From the NCBI RefSeq assembly GCF_000195855.1, contig NC_002677.1, positions 3,210,001 to 3,242,000 on the forward strand: a stretch of 32,000 bases of DNA, in the 5' to 3' direction. The notes below the pieces were generated by a model. The model had not been told where the DNA came from. It ran no database searches and was given only the letters and a program-made list of their open reading frames with translations. The stretch is from Mycobacterium leprae TN. GTDB lineage: Bacteria > Actinomycetota > Actinomycetes > Mycobacteriales > Mycobacteriaceae. Both the position numbers and the translations under genes were made by a program. This document shows, piece by piece, positions 29,618-32,000 of the stretch (the first letter of the stretch is position 1; each line of letters begins with the position of its first letter).

Positions 29618-29869
29618 GGTAACCAGAGTACGTGCCCAACCGCATCACCGAAACGCAAACCCGACGCCGCTACCCACCCGTTTCTAGACCTAAGTCGCGG
29701 GTACTTTGTCATCTACCTTGGTTGCTGAACTTCATACCATCAACCCCATCACCAGATGGCTTAAAAGCCTGCCTTATATGGCGGCATACACAGGGCAAGC
29801 ACGACCCGAACTAAAAACTAAAGACAGCGACCGCTAGGATACCCGTAAGATCCTTGTAACACCCTAACG

Positions 29870-30688
29870 ATGGCGAGCTCTCCACGGAAGAACACCGGGA
29901 TCGGGGTCTTTACCGCCACCAAACGTTCCTAACATTAGGGGTGATCTGCGCCCCGTAGTAGCCTAATCTCCAGGCCAACAGCGCCTTGTTCCACCCGACG
30001 CCTTACCGAATACACCGCCCACATCACTGTCCTCAGTCGCCTAAGGCGCGCGAGTGGGCCATCCTTGGGGCCGTCCCTTCGTGGTGTCAGTGCTGCTGGG
30101 CATCGGCTGGGAGCTGATACGATCAGGTCAAATCGCTGCTGGACTTCACCACCAATCCTGGAGCTAAGCCAGACGGGGTCACATCCATGGTACTGACCCC
30201 GTTGAGACAACTTCAATTTCAATCGCTCGGCGAGCTCACCGTCCTGATCCTGATGGAGTAAATCTGCACAAAAGACTTGGCTAACACCATAGGCTTCCGG
30301 CTTGGTGATCGACCCGGATTACGCAGCGCTCAATCGCACCGATCTGGCCAACAACAACCGTACGCTGAATTAAAACCTACCGCGGTAGTATGGGCTCGAT
30401 AGTCTAGTGTTGTGTTAGAGCGATCCAGCCAGCGACGCCAAAAGCAACAGTTAATAGGTGCATGCCAGTTTAACTCATGTAAATTGACCCAAAAACGACC
30501 GCGAGTATCTTACTGAGGTGCTCCTGAACCCTTCAGGTATCAAACGATCCGACGTCAAAACCAGGTACCTGGTCGTCGATCTCACCACACCCGGGATGCT
30601 GTCACACTGGATGTCTCCAGCGTTACAGCGCCGCTACCTCGTTTTCACCGGTGACAGCACTGCCAAGCAGGTGAATTACCCCTCGTAG
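29870..30688 (+). pseudogene. possible relic of the Rv0048c-position gene
   Basis: There is no long ORF, but protein-like fragments lie in shifting + frames: MASSPRKNTGIGVFTATKRS*, LTPLRQLQFQSLGELTVLILM, DPDYAALNRTDLANNNRTL, and LLNPSGIKRSDVKTRYLVVDLTTPGMLSHWMSPALQRRYLVFTGDSTAKQVNYPS*. Position and orientation match Rv0048c between the Rv0049-like and padR-like genes. I cannot confirm sequence homology. Confidence 0.3.
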
Positions 30689-30690
30689 CG

Positions 30691-30741
30691 ACAACATACA
30701 CTGGGCGTATATTGTCGTAATATATATCGAGACGATACAAT
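30691..30741. promoter_or_regulatory. cluster of ACAA/TTGT-containing inverted repeats upstream of the padR-ino1 genes (candidate operator/promoter)
   Basis: ACAACATAC-N7-GTATATTGT (30691-30715) matches in 8 of 9 positions as an inverted repeat. It overlaps ATTGTCGT-N13-ACGA(TA)CAAT (30711-30741). The AT-rich core taatatatat lies 60-105 nt upstream of the padR ATG (30798). Confidence 0.25.
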
Positions 30742-30797
30742 GTTGGGAGGCGTTGGAGCGTAGTAAGTAGCGTCACACATAGCCACAGGGGGACTCA

Positions 30798-31340
30798 ATG
30801 CTGGAACTCGCCATCCTGGGTCTTCTTATCGAGTCGCCGATGCACGGCTACGAATTACGGAAACGGCTAACCGGGTTACTCGGTGCATTCCGGGCATTTT
30901 CGTATGGCTCGCTTTACCCTGCTCTGCGTCGAATGCAAGCTGACAGGCTAATCACCGGGCACGTCGCACCGGCCGGGACTCCGGTGCGACGTGCCCGGCA
31001 GGTATACCAACTGACAGACGCAGGCCGCCGGCGCTTCAGCGAGCTGGTAACTGACACCGGGCCGGACAATTACACCGACAACGGTTTCGGGGTGCACTTA
31101 GCGTTTTTCAACCGCACACCAGCGGAAGCCCGGATGCGCATCTTGGAAGGCCGTCGCCGTCGGGTCGAAGAACGCCGCGAAGGTTTACGCGAGGCAGTAA
31201 CGCGAGCCAGCAATTCGTTCGACCGTTATACCCGCCAACTACATCAACTCGGGCTCGAGTCCAGCGAACGCGAAGTCAAGTGGCTCAACGAACTGATTGC
31301 CGCTGAACGGGCACTACTCGGCCGTGTCGAGCAGACGTAA
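30798..31340 (+). CDS. PadR-family transcriptional regulator (Rv0047c-like)
   Basis: The 180-aa ORF begins [52 protein letters not shown], the canonical PadR winged-helix N-terminus. AGGGGGA Shine-Dalgarno lies upstream. It sits 80 nt upstream of ino1, as in Mtb. Confidence 0.9.
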   Translation: MLELAILGLLIESPMHGYELRKRLTGLLGAFRAFSYGSLYPALRRMQADRLITGHVAPAGTPVRRARQVYQLTDAGRRRFSELVTDTGPDNYTDNGFGVHLAFFNRTPAEARMRILEGRRRRVEERREGLREAVTRASNSFDRYTRQLHQLGLESSEREVKWLNELIAAERALLGRVEQT

Positions 31341-31420
31341 ACCGCTGTACCACCCCGAACACTAACCGAGCAACACTCAAAATCATCCCGAAACACTTGA
31401 TGAGGTTAGGAGAACGCCCT

Positions 31421-32000
31421 ATGAGTGAGCACAACCCAGCAGGGGCGCCAGGGGCGTCGACTGAGGTAAGAGTAGCCATTGTCGGCGTGGGCAACTGCGC
31501 GTCCTCGCTAGTTCAAGGTATCGAGTACTACCAGAACGCTGACGACACATCGACAGTGCCCGGTCTTATGCACGTGCGGTTCGGACCCTACCATGTGCGT
31601 GATGTTAAATTCGTGGCGGCCTTCGACGTAGACGCCAAGAAGGTCGGCGTAGACTTGTCGGACGCGATCTTCACCTCAGAGAACAACACCATCAAGATCG
31701 CCGACGTGCCACCCACCAATGTGGTGGTGCAGCGCGGCCCAACACTGGACGGCATCGGCAAGTACTACACCGACACCATTGAGCTGTCAGACGTTCCACC
31801 CGTCGACGTAGTCCAGGCACTAACAGAAGCCAAGACAGACGTGCTGGTGTCCTACCTGCCGGTGGGTTCCGAAGAAGCCGACAAGTTCTATGCCCAGTGC
31901 GCCATCAACGCCCGCGTAGCGTTCGTGAACGCGCTGCCGGTGTTCATCGCCTCCGACCCAGTGTGGGCCAAAAAATTCGCCGACGCCAGGGTACCGATCG
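31421..32000 (+). CDS. ino1: myo-inositol-1-phosphate synthase, 5' part (runs off the window)
   Basis: It is not in the ORF track because it is open at the window end. My own translation from the ATG at 31421 (GGAG upstream) is [76 protein letters not shown]...[48 protein letters not shown]. This is nearly identical to Mtb Ino1 as I remember it. Confidence 0.9.
   Translation, partial: MSEHNPAGAPGASTEVRVAIVGVGNCASSLVQGIEYYQNADDTSTVPGLMHVRFGPYHVRDVKFVAAFDVDAKKVGVDLSDAIFTSENNTIKIADVPPTNVVVQRGPTLDGIGKYYTDTIELSDVPPVDVVQALTEAKTDVLVSYLPVGSEEADKFYAQCAINARVAFVNALPVFIASDPVWAKKFADARVPI

Noticed and set aside
1-32000. Searched by eye for CRISPR-like regularly spaced repeats, IS/transposase or integrase ORFs, rRNA or tRNA genes and long tandem repeats.
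   Set aside because: None found. The only tandem repeats are the short AT microsatellites at 11591-11632.

Overview
The window looks like a mycobacterial chromosome segment in advanced reductive evolution. Gene order and protein sequences match, from memory and without a search, the M. tuberculosis block Rv0046c-Rv0058: ino1, padR-like, ponA1, Rv0051, rpsF, ssb, rpsR, rplI, dnaB, with icd2 (Rv0066c) at the other end. The density of frameshifted, stop-riddled gene relics and the 145-aa DnaB mini-intein point to Mycobacterium leprae or a very close relative. Intact genes are icd2 (647-2887, -), an 893-aa circularly-permuted-ATP-grasp/alpha-E fusion (15401-18082, +), dnaB with an in-frame intein, rplI, rpsR, ssb, rpsF, a 564-aa polytopic membrane protein, ponA, a small Rv0049-like gene (all -), then a padR-family regulator and the 5' part of ino1 (+). 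Roughly 2.9-20.3 kb is otherwise a gene graveyard. I can read relics of a two-component system, an isochorismatase-family hydrolase in strikingly AT-rich DNA, an ABC ATPase fused to a cNMP-binding domain, an MFS transporter, an alpha/beta hydrolase with a divergent TetR gene, a large transglutaminase/DUF2126 gene, and a LysR fragment. The most interesting items are the half-dead transglutaminase / ATP-grasp / alpha-E module, the Ala1 'WCT' (class-3-like) DnaB mini-intein, and the AT-rich relic with low-GC codon usage. I saw no CRISPR array, rRNA or tRNA gene, transposase or dispersed repeat. All homology statements come from reading the translations and from remembered family consensus. Pseudogene boundaries are approximate.
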